48,450 nt of DNA from Deltaproteobacteria bacterium (GCA_034670305.1 JAXMNT010000058.1:1-48450), one strand, 5' to 3'; shown: positions 36,087 to 45,812, numbered from the stretch's first letter. Numbers and translations are program-made. Notes: generated from the sequence alone by a model not told the origin.

Positions 36087-38594
36087 TCAACCGTTTGCAT
36101 CGACGATCGCGGCGACCAGTCGGTAGCCCCCCGGACCTCGCTTGAGGTGCGCGGCGAGTCCCAGTTTGCGCAGGGTCGCCAACGCCACGTGCAGCCGGTT
36201 CTTGGCGGCCTTCGTCGCCGAGCGCTGCGCACGCCATCCCGCCGCGATGAGGTCTTCCGCGGGCACCTCCTCTTTCGGATCCCGCATCCACGCCGCGGCC
36301 AGCGTCGCGACCACCCCATGCAGTTGCGCGCGGGTGGAGAGATCGACGCGGGGACTTCCGGGCGGCTCGAACCACGCGCCATCGCGCGCCACTCGAAGGG
36401 CGTCCCGCGCGCCCCGTGCCCGCTCGAGTGCACCCGCGAGGATGCGGGTGGCGAGCCGCGCGTCGTCGCCTTCCCCAGTGTCGTTGCAGAGTTGCTCGAC
36501 CGCTTGGAAGAGTGACTGCGCCGCGGCTGGCTCACGTCGTGCGCGCATCAAGAGCAGGTGCCCTTCGTGCTTCTCGAGCGCTTGCTCCAACCCAGGCTCC
36601 CGAAGCGGTTGGACCAGCGACGCCGCGCGCACGAACATCGCCGCCGCGTCGTCGTCGTCGAGACACGCGAAGGCCACCGCGAGCAGCACGTGCGCGAGGG
36701 CCACCTCGCGTTGGTCCCCGGCCGCGGCGGCGAGCGCGCAGGCGGTCTCGGCCTCCGACTTCGCCTCCGGCATCCGACCCCGCTCGAGCGCGAGCGCCGC
36801 GAGATCGAGGTACGCGATGGCTTCGTAGCGGCGATGACCAAGCGCGACGTGCCGTGCGAGCGCCTTCCGGTACAGCGCTTCCGCCCGGACCAGATCGCCC
36901 TCCTCCTGGACCAGCAGCCCGAGGTTCTGGAGCGACATCGCTTCGAGCAGGTCGGCCCCCGCCGCACGGGCACACACCAGCGCCTCCTCGTACAACACGC
37001 CGGCTTCGGTGAGACCGGCGCGTTCGGCGACGAGTCCGGCGAGCGACGCGGTGACCCGCGCGCGCAGTTCGAGGTCCGCGACCACCGCGAGGGTGCGGCG
37101 GTAGTGGGTCTCGGCCAGCGCCGGCTCGCCGTGGTGGCGGAGGTGGTCTGCCAGGTGGCTGGCCGCCTGCGCTTCACGCGACGCGTCGCCGACCTGCGAC
37201 GCGAGCTCGAGGGCGCGCTGGAAGTCGGCGCGACTGCGGGCGGGGTCCGCGTCGCGCGCGTGCAAGCGGCCACGCACGAGCAAGAGATCGACGAGTTCGG
37301 ACGGTGTCGCGTCCTGCACCAGCGTGAACACCCGGTCGAGTCGATCGAGCGTGGCGCCCACGGGACCGCGGATCGAAGCCACGCGCCCTAACACGATGCC
37401 GAGCGCGACCGCGGTCGCCGGATCGGTCGCCATGTCCAATGCGCGGCCGAGGTCCGCGCCCATGCCGCACAGCGCAACCATGCTCTCGCGCTGTCCCCAG
37501 CGTTCGATGTGGCGGGCTGCGTGTGCCGCGACGCAGGACATGTACCGAGCCCGGCGCGCCGCGTCTTCCGGAGTGCGCCGCCGAACATAGGTCCGGGTCA
37601 CCGCCAAGAGCCGGTAGCGGTTGCCCTCAGGATCGCGTTCGATCCGAAGCCAGGAACGATCGCCCAGCGCGGTCAGCTGCGCCGCCGCATCGCTGCCCGC
37701 GGGCAAGACCTTCTGCATCGACGCGAGATCCGGCAGCAGGTCCTCGAAGAGCGCCAGGCTGCACAGCGACTCCTTGAGCCCATCGTCGAGCAGCGACCAC
37801 GACACGTCGAGCGCCGCGTGGAGCGACCGGTGCCATCCGGTGTCGTGCGTGTCACCCTCGGTACGCGGCGCTTCACCGTCGGCACCCGCGATGGCGGAGC
37901 GCTCGAGTGAGTCGAGCAACTCACGCGCACTCAACACCGCCAGCTGGGCGGCGGCGAGTTCGAGTGCGAGCGGCAGCGCGTCCAACCGGCGGACGAGTTC
38001 GGGCACCAGCGAACGCTCTTCTTCGCGAAGCGGCGTGCCTCGTGCGGCCTCGGCCCGTTCGACGAAGAGCGCTGCGGCCGCCGGCGCCTCCAATGGCTCC
38101 ACGAGCAACACCGTCTCACCCGGCCCGCCGAGCCGTTGGCGGCTCCCGACCAACACCCGGAGCCCCGGCAACGCCGCGAGGGTCGGCGGCAGGAAGTTGG
38201 CAAGCCACGACGCGCCGCGCTCCGCGTCGTCCAGTGCGAGCGTCATGGCGCCGGCAGCGCGAAGCAGGTCGACCAGGCGGGCCGCATCCTCTGGGAGAGA
38301 CACAGCCTTGCCGTCGGTCTGGGACGCGAGCACCTCGCCGATGCGCCCACAGATCTCCCGCTCCGTGGATGCACCCGCGAGCGAGCAGCGCCAGACGCCG
38401 CCAGGTGATTCGCGCGGAGGCACGCCCGCGGCCACCGCGCAGAGCAGCCGCGACTTGCCCACCCCAGCGGTGCCCAGGAACGTGAGCCAGCGGGTCCCTC
38501 CATCCAAGAGGGCGTGCGCGCGGTCCACCAACTCCGCGCGACCGAGGATCGGCGTGAGCGGCTCGCTCACGTTGGTGCGCCGGGGACTCGCCAT
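36087..38594 (-). CDS. STAND-type ATPase with TPRs and a C-terminal winged-helix-like domain
   Basis: ILGRAE, Walker A GTAGVGKS, LALDDAE, GSRQRL, LDALPLALELAAA, SL.AALDVSW; C-terminal LIAAGW...NRLHVALATLRKLGL. Confidence 0.85.
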   Translation of the reverse strand: MASPRRTNVSEPLTPILGRAELVDRAHALLDGGTRWLTFLGTAGVGKSRLLCAVAAGVPPRESPGGVWRCSLAGASTEREICGRIGEVLASQTDGKAVSLPEDAARLVDLLRAAGAMTLALDDAERGASWLANFLPPTLAALPGLRVLVGSRQRLGGPGETVLLVEPLEAPAAAALFVERAEAARGTPLREEERSLVPELVRRLDALPLALELAAAQLAVLSARELLDSLERSAIAGADGEAPRTEGDTHDTGWHRSLHAALDVSWSLLDDGLKESLCSLALFEDLLPDLASMQKVLPAGSDAAAQLTALGDRSWLRIERDPEGNRYRLLAVTRTYVRRRTPEDAARRARYMSCVAAHAARHIERWGQRESMVALCGMGADLGRALDMATDPATAVALGIVLGRVASIRGPVGATLDRLDRVFTLVQDATPSELVDLLLVRGRLHARDADPARSRADFQRALELASQVGDASREAQAASHLADHLRHHGEPALAETHYRRTLAVVADLELRARVTASLAGLVAERAGLTEAGVLYEEALVCARAAGADLLEAMSLQNLGLLVQEEGDLVRAEALYRKALARHVALGHRRYEAIAYLDLAALALERGRMPEAKSEAETACALAAAAGDQREVALAHVLLAVAFACLDDDDAAAMFVRAASLVQPLREPGLEQALEKHEGHLLLMRARREPAAAQSLFQAVEQLCNDTGEGDDARLATRILAGALERARGARDALRVARDGAWFEPPGSPRVDLSTRAQLHGVVATLAAAWMRDPKEEVPAEDLIAAGWRAQRSATKAAKNRLHVALATLRKLGLAAHLKRGPGGYRLVAAIVDANG

Positions 38595-38724
38595 GCCCGC
38601 CAGTGTCGCCGATCGAAGCCGCTTGTCGACGCTTCACGCGCCCGCGCACCAAGTCACGATCACCCCGAAGTGTCCCACCCGCGCCGGCACGGGAAGAACG
38701 CCAAGGGTGTTCAGAGATGGGTGT

Positions 38725-39927
38725 TCAGAGTTCGAAACAGCGGACCACCAAGGCCGCGGTGGAGCCGAAGTCGGGATCGGGACTTGGCACACGCGTTCCG
38801 TAGGCCGCCATCACGACACCGTCCTGTTCCACCAAGACGGAACCCGGCCACGCGCCCTCGATGGGGATGTCGTGGTCGAGCGCGAGGGTCGCGCGGTCGT
38901 AGGCTCGAAGCCGGTCGTCGCTCCCGATCAACAGATGGGTCGGGGTGACCCGCCACCCCGTCGCCGTGCCCTCGAACAACCGTTCTCGAAACACCGGCGC
39001 AGCCGGAAACGACTCGATGTACACCGCGCCGGAGCGGGAGGTGAGCGCGCGATCCCCGTCCACGACTTCGTAGACGTAGTCGGGCCCTGGCACGGGACCC
39101 ACGTCGAGCACGAGTGCCCACACCCCCGCGCGCGTTCGTTCGAACCGCATGTGCCGCCAGGTCCGCGTCTCCCCGCTCGACTCGGTGGCGAGGCAGTCGA
39201 CCGATCCTCCATCGGACCCGAAACGGCACCTCGGCACCGGCGTCTCGACCGGCAGCTGCGTGAACTCGAGTTCTTCGAACGCGGCCTCATCGCCCAACGC
39301 AAGTTGCGTCACGCTGAGTCCGGCGGTCGTCGAGTCCCAGGTGGAGCGGAGCACCTGGACGTGTGCGCCCGACCCACGCGCGCCCGGCACCACTTGGGCG
39401 GCGAGGACCGCGGGTCCCCAGCCGTCGTACACCGTGGCGAAGTCGTCCTCAAGCAACCCGAGGCGGGCGAGGCGGTCTCCCCGAACCACCACCTCGCCGT
39501 CGACCAGGTAGGCGTCGGTGCGGGCACCGTAAAACGACACGCGGAAGCCGAGGGAGATCGTCTCGCGGGGGACGCCCTCCGGTGTGAGGTGAAGCGCGAG
39601 CGAGTCGGTGGAGTTCGTGTACAGGAGCAACCAACCGTCTTCGAGCGGGAGCAGTGCGCCCGGCACGACCGACGACCGGGTCCCGTGGATCCCGGGGTCG
39701 TCGCCGACGATCAGCGGGCCTTCGAAACAGGTGGTGGGATCGGGCGCGTCTGGGGCATCGGGTGCGTCCGGGAAACGCGGTGCGTCGAGCGCCGTGTCGA
39801 GTGCTGTGTCGAAGGGGGCGTCCAGCAAGCCCGCGTCCGATGCGGCGTCGGCGTCGACGGGCACGTCCGGGGATGCCACGGTGGAGCGAGAACACGCGAA
39901 GAGAAGAACGAGTAGAACGATGCGCAT
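38725..39927 (-). CDS. Hypothetical beta-rich lipoprotein
   Basis: MRIVLLVLLFAC lipobox, DA-rich stalk, then beta-strand-rich sequence. Confidence 0.7.
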   Translation of the reverse strand: MRIVLLVLLFACSRSTVASPDVPVDADAASDAGLLDAPFDTALDTALDAPRFPDAPDAPDAPDPTTCFEGPLIVGDDPGIHGTRSSVVPGALLPLEDGWLLLYTNSTDSLALHLTPEGVPRETISLGFRVSFYGARTDAYLVDGEVVVRGDRLARLGLLEDDFATVYDGWGPAVLAAQVVPGARGSGAHVQVLRSTWDSTTAGLSVTQLALGDEAAFEELEFTQLPVETPVPRCRFGSDGGSVDCLATESSGETRTWRHMRFERTRAGVWALVLDVGPVPGPDYVYEVVDGDRALTSRSGAVYIESFPAAPVFRERLFEGTATGWRVTPTHLLIGSDDRLRAYDRATLALDHDIPIEGAWPGSVLVEQDGVVMAAYGTRVPSPDPDFGSTAALVVRCFEL

Positions 39928-39982
39928 GCCCCACGAGAGCAAGTCCTCCCTTAACGGTCGTCTTAACGGCGCGTGCGTCTTC

Positions 39983-40825
39983 ATGGCGTGCGTCTTGGCG
40001 GCGCTCGGCTGCGGCGACGACGACGCGGCGGTGGACTCAGGCCGTGTGGACTCCGGTGTGGACTCCGGCGCTGTGGACTCGGGTGCGGACGTCGGCGCGT
40101 CGGACGCTGGTGCCGATGCGGGCGCAGCGGACGTCGGCGCCGATGTCGACGCAGGCTGTGTCCTGCCCGCCCCTCGGGTCGTCCGGTTCACCACCGACGA
40201 CGGAGTCGATCTCGAAGCCGACCACTACCCCGTCGCGGCGGGTTCCCCCGCGGTCGTGCTCCTCCACATGATCCCGCCGGCGAACACGCGCGCGAACTAC
40301 CCCCTCGCCTTCCGCGAAGCGCTCTACTGCCGCGGCATCGCCGTCCTCAACGTCGACCGGCGCGGCGCCGGCGGTTCCGAAGGTGTGCCGACCGAAGCCT
40401 ACGAAGGCCCGAACGGCGCACTCGATGCGAAGGGCGCCGTGGAGTGGATGCTCGCGGAAGAAGCGGCCCCCGATCCCTTGCGCATCGGGATCGTCGGCGC
40501 GTCGAACGGCACCACCACCCTGCTCGACTTCTCGGTGTTCTCCGTCATGGCCCGCACGGTCGAAGAACCGGCCGCGGTCGTCCTGCTCTCGGGCGGCACC
40601 TACACGACCAACCAGAACCCACTCGACGAACTGGCCTTCGACGGCGCCCCCGCCCTCTTCGTGTACCCGGCCGCGGAAGCCGGCTGGAACGAAACCGTCG
40701 CGGTCGACGCCCCCGACGTGTGGCGCTTCGTCGAGATCGATCCCGGCGCCCACGGCACCGGCCTCTTCACCGCCGCCCCCACCACCATCCCCCTCGTCGC
40801 CGACTTCCTCGCCACCTCGCTCTAA
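39983..40825 (+). CDS. Alpha/beta-hydrolase lipoprotein (start uncertain)
   Basis: AALGC lipobox, DSG/DAG stalk, VVLLHM, DRRGAGGS, nucleophile elbow GASNG, AHGT. Confidence 0.82.
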   Translation: MACVLAALGCGDDDAAVDSGRVDSGVDSGAVDSGADVGASDAGADAGAADVGADVDAGCVLPAPRVVRFTTDDGVDLEADHYPVAAGSPAVVLLHMIPPANTRANYPLAFREALYCRGIAVLNVDRRGAGGSEGVPTEAYEGPNGALDAKGAVEWMLAEEAAPDPLRIGIVGASNGTTTLLDFSVFSVMARTVEEPAAVVLLSGGTYTTNQNPLDELAFDGAPALFVYPAAEAGWNETVAVDAPDVWRFVEIDPGAHGTGLFTAAPTTIPLVADFLATSL

Positions 40826-40836
40826 GGCACGTTGAA

Positions 40837-41052
40837 ATGCTCGAGACGCTGTTCGAGACGGAGGTCGTCTGGCTGGACGACGATGGGGTTCGGTCGCGCT
40901 CCGAGGGCGCGGTGGTCAACCTTCCCAAACGACCTGGACGGCTCGACAAGCTCGGTGCCCGCATTCGCCGGCACTTGGCCGAACACAGCGCGCCCAACCA
41001 GTCTCCTTTCCGGAAGACCTTGCGCGCAGCCGGCGCCTGCGTGACCGGCTGA
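40837..41052 (+). CDS. Possible small hypothetical protein (71 aa)
   Basis: MLETLFETEVVWLDDDG... begins 11 nt after the hydrolase stop. Confidence 0.3.
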   Translation: MLETLFETEVVWLDDDGVRSRSEGAVVNLPKRPGRLDKLGARIRRHLAEHSAPNQSPFRKTLRAAGACVTG

Positions 41053-41179
41053 CAACGAACACACGCGCGCCCCACATGGTCAAAGCGCCACGTGTCGACC
41101 GTGCCAGTGGGTGCCACCGCCGTTGCATGCGGTTCACACGTACCTCGGCCGACCGGCCAGGAACGGGCGGAGTTCGGGA

Positions 41180-41195
41180 TGGCATACGTCGTGCT
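41180..41195 (+). promoter_or_regulatory. Candidate sigma54 promoter
   Basis: TGGCAT-ACGTC-GTGCT (GG-N10-GC), followed by CAGGAG RBS at 41213 and ATG at 41225. Confidence 0.6.
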
Positions 41196-41224
41196 CTGAA
41201 CCTGGGTCTTCACAGGAGTTTTCT

Positions 41225-42163
41225 ATGTACTCGATTCGCTTCTCATCCCTTCTCGTTCTCCTCGTCGTGAGCGCTTGCTCGATCGGCACCGACCCGTCTC
41301 GCGGGGAACTCGACAACGTCGGGCTGTCTTGGCAGGACGGGCTCGGGTGTCTGTTCGGCTGCGACGCCAACGGCACCATCGCGCTCGGCGCCGCAGCACG
41401 CTTCGGCGTCGAAGACCACGAGCGCGAGCCCGACCTGAGCGTCGCGAGCCCGGATGGTTCCGCGCTCGTGACCTACGACGCGGGCACCGGCACCGTCGTG
41501 GTCACCGCGCTGGAAGCGGGCGAGGTCGTGGTCGAGTTCCTCCGCGACGGCGGCGTGTACGACCGCTTTCGATGGCCGGCCGCGCCCATCGCCGATCTCG
41601 AGTTGCGCCAAGCGCTGGTCCTGCCGGTGGGCGCGAGCGGTGTCCACGGCATGACCGTGCGGAGCGCGGGCGGCACGACCCTTCGCGGCCGAGGCGCACT
41701 CGAGTCGAGCGTCGATCCTGCGTTCTCGGAGATCTTCGACGGAGGCGTGAACCCCACGCCCGACCTCGGCAGCGCGATCGCAGATGCGTTCACGGGATCG
41801 AACCACGAGCAGGTCTGGTTCCAAGCCCACGCGCCGGGCGAAGGCACCATCGTGGTCGACGCCGACGGTGGCGCGCGGTTCGAGATCCCGGTCGTCGTGG
41901 TCGCGGACGCGGACATCGACGCCATCGAACTCGACGTGGACGTGTTCGACTCCGACGGTGCGCGGGAAGCGCGCGTCGTCGCGGCCGCCCGATCGGCCGG
42001 TCGAGAACTCGTCGAAGCACCGTGCACGTGGTCCTTCTCCGACGGCGCACCGGTCGGCTCGGCGCTCGACCGGTCGGCCAGCGCCAGCCTTCGAGGGACG
42101 GGGACCCACGAAGTCACCTGCACGATCGGAACGACGACGGCGACGGCACGGGTCGCACTCTGA
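41225..42163 (+). CDS. Hypothetical lipoprotein with Ig-like beta segments
   Basis: MYSIRFSSLLVLLVVSAC lipobox, good RBS, GCLFGC, beta-strand pattern. Confidence 0.8.
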   Translation: MYSIRFSSLLVLLVVSACSIGTDPSRGELDNVGLSWQDGLGCLFGCDANGTIALGAAARFGVEDHEREPDLSVASPDGSALVTYDAGTGTVVVTALEAGEVVVEFLRDGGVYDRFRWPAAPIADLELRQALVLPVGASGVHGMTVRSAGGTTLRGRGALESSVDPAFSEIFDGGVNPTPDLGSAIADAFTGSNHEQVWFQAHAPGEGTIVVDADGGARFEIPVVVVADADIDAIELDVDVFDSDGAREARVVAAARSAGRELVEAPCTWSFSDGAPVGSALDRSASASLRGTGTHEVTCTIGTTTATARVAL

Positions 42164-42325
42164 GGAGGCGAGCCGCAACGGCGCGCCAGGAACAACCGCG
42201 CGTTCCTGGCCGCCGTGTTCCTGGCCGCCGACTTTCTGGGCCGCCGCGTTCGTGGGCCACCGGGAGACGTGCCGGCTGTGAGTGAACCGCGTCCGTGACG
42301 TCCGTGGCGCTGCTACGGTGCTCGA

Positions 42326-43003
42326 ATGCGCTTGGCACTCTTCGAACCGTCGCCCTCCCCTGCCCGCACTGCCGGTGCGGCCTTCTTGCTCGCGTGCGGC
42401 CTTCTGCTCGCGGCGTGCGGGGACGACTCCGCACCACCGGTCGATGCGGGGCTGGACGCACCCGAAGACACCGGTCCACGGATGGTCGATTCGGGGGGCT
42501 GCATGGAAGGCTGCGCGGACCTGCCGCTGTGGCCGCTCGCGGTCGGGTACCGGTGGGACTACCGCTCGGCGGATGGCTGTTCGCCGAGCGTCGAAGTGAT
42601 GGCCGAAAGCGAGCTCGGCGGGCGCCCCGCGTTCGAGGTGCATCTGCGCTGCATGCCCGACCGCCCCGACGATCTCTTGGCCGATCCTTGGATCATGTTC
42701 CTCTCGCCCGACGGTGACGACCGGGTGCTTCGCTGGCTGGACGAGGTGGACCGGTGGGACCCCTACCTCGAGACCCCGGTCGCGGATGGGACCACCTGGA
42801 CATTCGATGCGCGGACTGCCGAGTACTCGGACGTCACCGCGACACCCGCCATCGTCCCACTCGAGGGACGCGACTGCTGGGTCCAGATCATCCAGCCGAA
42901 GAGCGGGGTGCCGGCCGAGGTCAACGAGTTCTGTCGGGGCTACGGTCCCGTGCGACGCGGAGACGGCAGCCGCAGCCTGCGCGAACTGCCGAACACCCAC
43001 TGA
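42326..43003 (+). CDS. Hypothetical lipoprotein
   Basis: LLAACGDD lipobox, DAG stalk, LWPLAVGYRWDY ... FCRGYGPVR. Confidence 0.72.
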   Translation: MRLALFEPSPSPARTAGAAFLLACGLLLAACGDDSAPPVDAGLDAPEDTGPRMVDSGGCMEGCADLPLWPLAVGYRWDYRSADGCSPSVEVMAESELGGRPAFEVHLRCMPDRPDDLLADPWIMFLSPDGDDRVLRWLDEVDRWDPYLETPVADGTTWTFDARTAEYSDVTATPAIVPLEGRDCWVQIIQPKSGVPAEVNEFCRGYGPVRRGDGSRSLRELPNTH

Positions 43004-43082
43004 ACGCGTGAAGACTGCACGCACCGAGTATGGCGCAGCGCCCGTTATCAAGGCCTGCAGCATGCCCTGGTATCTTTCATCG

Positions 43083-44174
43083 ATGCGCACGTGGACTGGA
43101 CTGCTCTTCATGCTCGCGGCCTGCGGCGCGGGTGAGGTGGATCTCGAACCCGACGCAGCGGAGCGGGACGCCGGCCTCTCGGACAGTGGTCTGGAGGAAG
43201 CCGACGCCCCGCTGCCTTCCGACGCAGCCGAGCCTCTGGATGTGCCCGTCGTGCGGCTGGACGGCGGTGACGTTTTCGTGGACGCAGGCGCCGACGGAGG
43301 CATCGACGGTGGTCCGGTGGAGGTCGACGCCGGCGAAGAAGAGGATCCGCGCGTGATCGAAGCAACGTATCGGGTGCTCCACTGGAACATCGCGGGCGGC
43401 AAAGAGAACGCCTGTGCGACCGCGGGCATCACCCGCGCGGTGCGGCGCTTCGTCCGAGACAACGACGTGGACTTCGTTGGCCTCAACGAGGTGTGCCCTT
43501 CCCAGTTCGCCTCCATCCGAGACGACCTTCGCAACCTGTGGGGCTTGGAGGACGGCAACCGCTTCGCCGCGTTCGTCGGAGACGGCACCGGACGGGTGGT
43601 CGGCAACGCCATCTACAGCCGGTTCGGCCTGCGCGAAGTCGAATCACAGAAAGTCGGCGAAGACCGATACGGCGATCGCAACCTGCTCTGCGGTGAGATC
43701 GCGGGACAGCGCCAGCTGCGTCTCTGCGGCACCCACCTGACGCCGGGCGACGCCACCGCACGCGTTCAGCTCGGCCGGGTGTTGACGCAGATCGAACGCT
43801 GGTGGACCCGGGACCGAGACACCGTGATCCTCACCGGCGACCTGAACATCCACCCCAACGACTCGGGGCTGAACAGCGTCTACAGCGCCGAAGCCAACAC
43901 CCCGAACAACCCGAACAACCGTGGCCGCTACCGCGAGGTCGACGACAACGATCCCGACCACTGCCGTGGCTACGGCGAACGATCGGTGCCGAGCACCGGC
44001 GGCGGTCCCTGCGGCATGGGCGGCAAGATCGATTTCATCTTCGCGCGAGAGAACCGCATCGTGGACGATCGTTACGCCGGCGACACGTTCAACATCCCAG
44101 ACGACTGCACCGGCGTCTGCTCCGACCACCGCCCCGTGTTCGGGCGGCTGCGCCTGCGCGTCCGCAACGACTGA
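43083..44174 (+). CDS. Endonuclease/exonuclease/phosphatase (EEP) family lipoprotein
   Basis: LAAC lipobox; HWNI, GLNEV, GNAIYSR, GTHL, LTGDLN, KIDFIF, SDHRPV. Confidence 0.9.
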   Translation: MRTWTGLLFMLAACGAGEVDLEPDAAERDAGLSDSGLEEADAPLPSDAAEPLDVPVVRLDGGDVFVDAGADGGIDGGPVEVDAGEEEDPRVIEATYRVLHWNIAGGKENACATAGITRAVRRFVRDNDVDFVGLNEVCPSQFASIRDDLRNLWGLEDGNRFAAFVGDGTGRVVGNAIYSRFGLREVESQKVGEDRYGDRNLLCGEIAGQRQLRLCGTHLTPGDATARVQLGRVLTQIERWWTRDRDTVILTGDLNIHPNDSGLNSVYSAEANTPNNPNNRGRYREVDDNDPDHCRGYGERSVPSTGGGPCGMGGKIDFIFARENRIVDDRYAGDTFNIPDDCTGVCSDHRPVFGRLRLRVRND

Positions 44175-44211
44175 CGTCACCGACCACTGAGTTCGTCGAG
44201 CACCGACGCGT

Positions 44212-45147
44212 CTACGCCAGCACCGCGTCCATCGCACCGACCCGCGCCTGCAAGAAGTCCACGGCATGCGCCGCGAAGACGTCCGCATGGTCTTCGTGCG
44301 CGAACAACTTCGCGCCTTCGATCGCGCGGAGCTCGCTCGGCCCTGCGAACTGCTCGAGCATCGCCTTCGCTTTGGGGAGGGGGAAGAACGGGTCGGCGGC
44401 GCCCCAGATCAAACACGTGGGTGCATGGATCCGTGCGTGGGCGTCCTCCAGTTCGTCCACCACGCCCCAATCGAACCCTTCGAGCAGCCGGACCTGTCCG
44501 GCCAACACCGCGGCATCGGTCCGGAGCGGCCGAACGAAGAGGTGGCCGAACGCACCGTCGGCATAGGCCGCATCGGTGAAGCACCCCCCGAATCCCAACG
44601 GGGAGCGGCGCATCCAGCGCCACCCGAGCGAGGCCGAGAACATCTTCAGGCCACCGGGGATCTTGAGCGCGAGAAGGTAGGCCTTCAACTGCCACGCGTG
44701 GTGGCCGGGGATCTCCGTGTTGCCCATCACGAGCGCCGAGACTCGGTCGCCCATGGACGCTGCGGCGAACCGTGCGATGGCGGCGCCGCTGTCGTGGCCG
44801 ATCAGACCGAAGCGGCGCAGTCCCAGTCGATCCACGAACCGCTGCAGCGTGTCGGCGTGCTCCTTCAACCCGATGCGGGCCTCGGGACCGGTGCGCGTCT
44901 GGCCCACCCCAGGCAAGTCGAAGAGCCGGCAGGTGTAGTGCTGCGCGAGGACCGGAACGAGCCGACGAAACGTGGCCGAGTGGAGCGGCCAACCGTGCAC
45001 GAAGACGAGCTCCGGCCCGGTCCCGAACGTCCAGGACGCGAGCTCGCTGTGCCCCACGTCGACCCATTCGTGAGGCGCACCTTGGATCGCCCGCAGCACT
45101 TCGGCTTCGTCGAGGGTGGCCGGCTTCGTCTTTGTGGTCTTGGTCAT
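44212..45147 (-). CDS. Alpha/beta hydrolase (epoxide hydrolase/dehalogenase-like, Asp nucleophile)
   Basis: VFVHGWP, DLPGVG, IGHDSGA, LIWGAADPFFP. Start estimated. Confidence 0.88.
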   Translation of the reverse strand: MTKTTKTKPATLDEAEVLRAIQGAPHEWVDVGHSELASWTFGTGPELVFVHGWPLHSATFRRLVPVLAQHYTCRLFDLPGVGQTRTGPEARIGLKEHADTLQRFVDRLGLRRFGLIGHDSGAAIARFAAASMGDRVSALVMGNTEIPGHHAWQLKAYLLALKIPGGLKMFSASLGWRWMRRSPLGFGGCFTDAAYADGAFGHLFVRPLRTDAAVLAGQVRLLEGFDWGVVDELEDAHARIHAPTCLIWGAADPFFPLPKAKAMLEQFAGPSELRAIEGAKLFAHEDHADVFAAHAVDFLQARVGAMDAVLA

Positions 45148-45192
45148 GTGTGCGTCCATGCGTTGATCCTGAGGCCAGAGCGTGTGGCCTTC

Positions 45193-45211
45193 CATGACCT
45201 CCGAGGTCATG
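45193..45211. promoter_or_regulatory. Perfect palindromic operator candidate
   Basis: CATGACCTC-C-GAGGTCATG, about 45 bp upstream of the hydrolase start. Confidence 0.5.
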
Positions 45212-45374
45212 CCGAACCCGCATGGTGCATCGGGCTGTATCCTCGAGATGCGATGGGGTGTACGAAGGTGGCATGCTGGTGGGCGGTGAAGACCGACTGA
45301 TCGTCCGGGTGGACTGAACCGCTCCGGTTGCCGACGTCGGGCGTTCGGCTCTGGCAACCTGCTAGTCTGAAGGC

Positions 45375-45791
45375 ATGCCGCCGGATTCTGCTTCGATGTT
45401 TCGCGCGATGGTGCTGGCTGGCTGCTCGATGGTGGGGTGCACCGAGGGGCGTGCGGTCGAGGCGCCGGCTGTGACGGCGGCGGCAGAAGCAGAGGCAGCG
45501 GCAGAAGCAGCGGCAGAAGCAGAGGCAGAGGCAGAAGCAGAAGCAGCGGCAGAAGCAGAGGCAGAAGCAGAGGCAGAGGCAGAGGCAGCGACAGCGGCAG
45601 CGACAGCGGCAGCGACAGCGGCAGCGGCAGCGACAGCGGCAGCGGCAGCGACAGCGGCAGAAGCAGAAGCAGAAGCAGAAGCAGAAGCAGAAGCAGAAGC
45701 AGAAGCACCGGCGCCCACGATGCGGCGGGCGGATGCGCCTTGTCCGCCGGGGTCGGAGCGGCCGACGCCGCCTTGTTTCTTCATTCTGTGA
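45375..45791 (+). CDS. Short lipoprotein-like ORF with an Ala/Glu microsatellite stalk and a Cys-containing hydrophobic tail
   Basis: MPPDSASMFRAMVLAGCSMVGC...(AE)n/(AAAT)n...CPPGSERPTPPCFFIL*. The stop is embedded in GTGA next to the ferritin-like gene. Confidence 0.55.
   Translation: MPPDSASMFRAMVLAGCSMVGCTEGRAVEAPAVTAAAEAEAAAEAAAEAEAEAEAEAAAEAEAEAEAEAEAATAAATAAATAAAAATAAAAATAAEAEAEAEAEAEAEAEAPAPTMRRADAPCPPGSERPTPPCFFIL
45483..45706. repeat. Hexamer microsatellite (GCAGAA/GCAGAG/GCAGCG/ACAGCG)n
   Basis: 6- and 12-bp periodic array inside ORF 45375-45791. Confidence 0.9.
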
Positions 45792-45812
45792 AGGTCCCGT
45801 TCGACGATCCGA

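Noticed and set aside
45352-45366. Sigma54 promoter before the candidate precursor ORF
   Set aside because: TGGCAAC is followed by GT, not GC, at the -12 position. The sequence fits the end of the hairpin element better.
45148-45708. Poly-Leu/Pro N-terminal extension of the hydrolase, and the (CF)n/(CR)n ORF 45207-46469
   Set aside because: Alternative-frame translations of the hexamer microsatellite.
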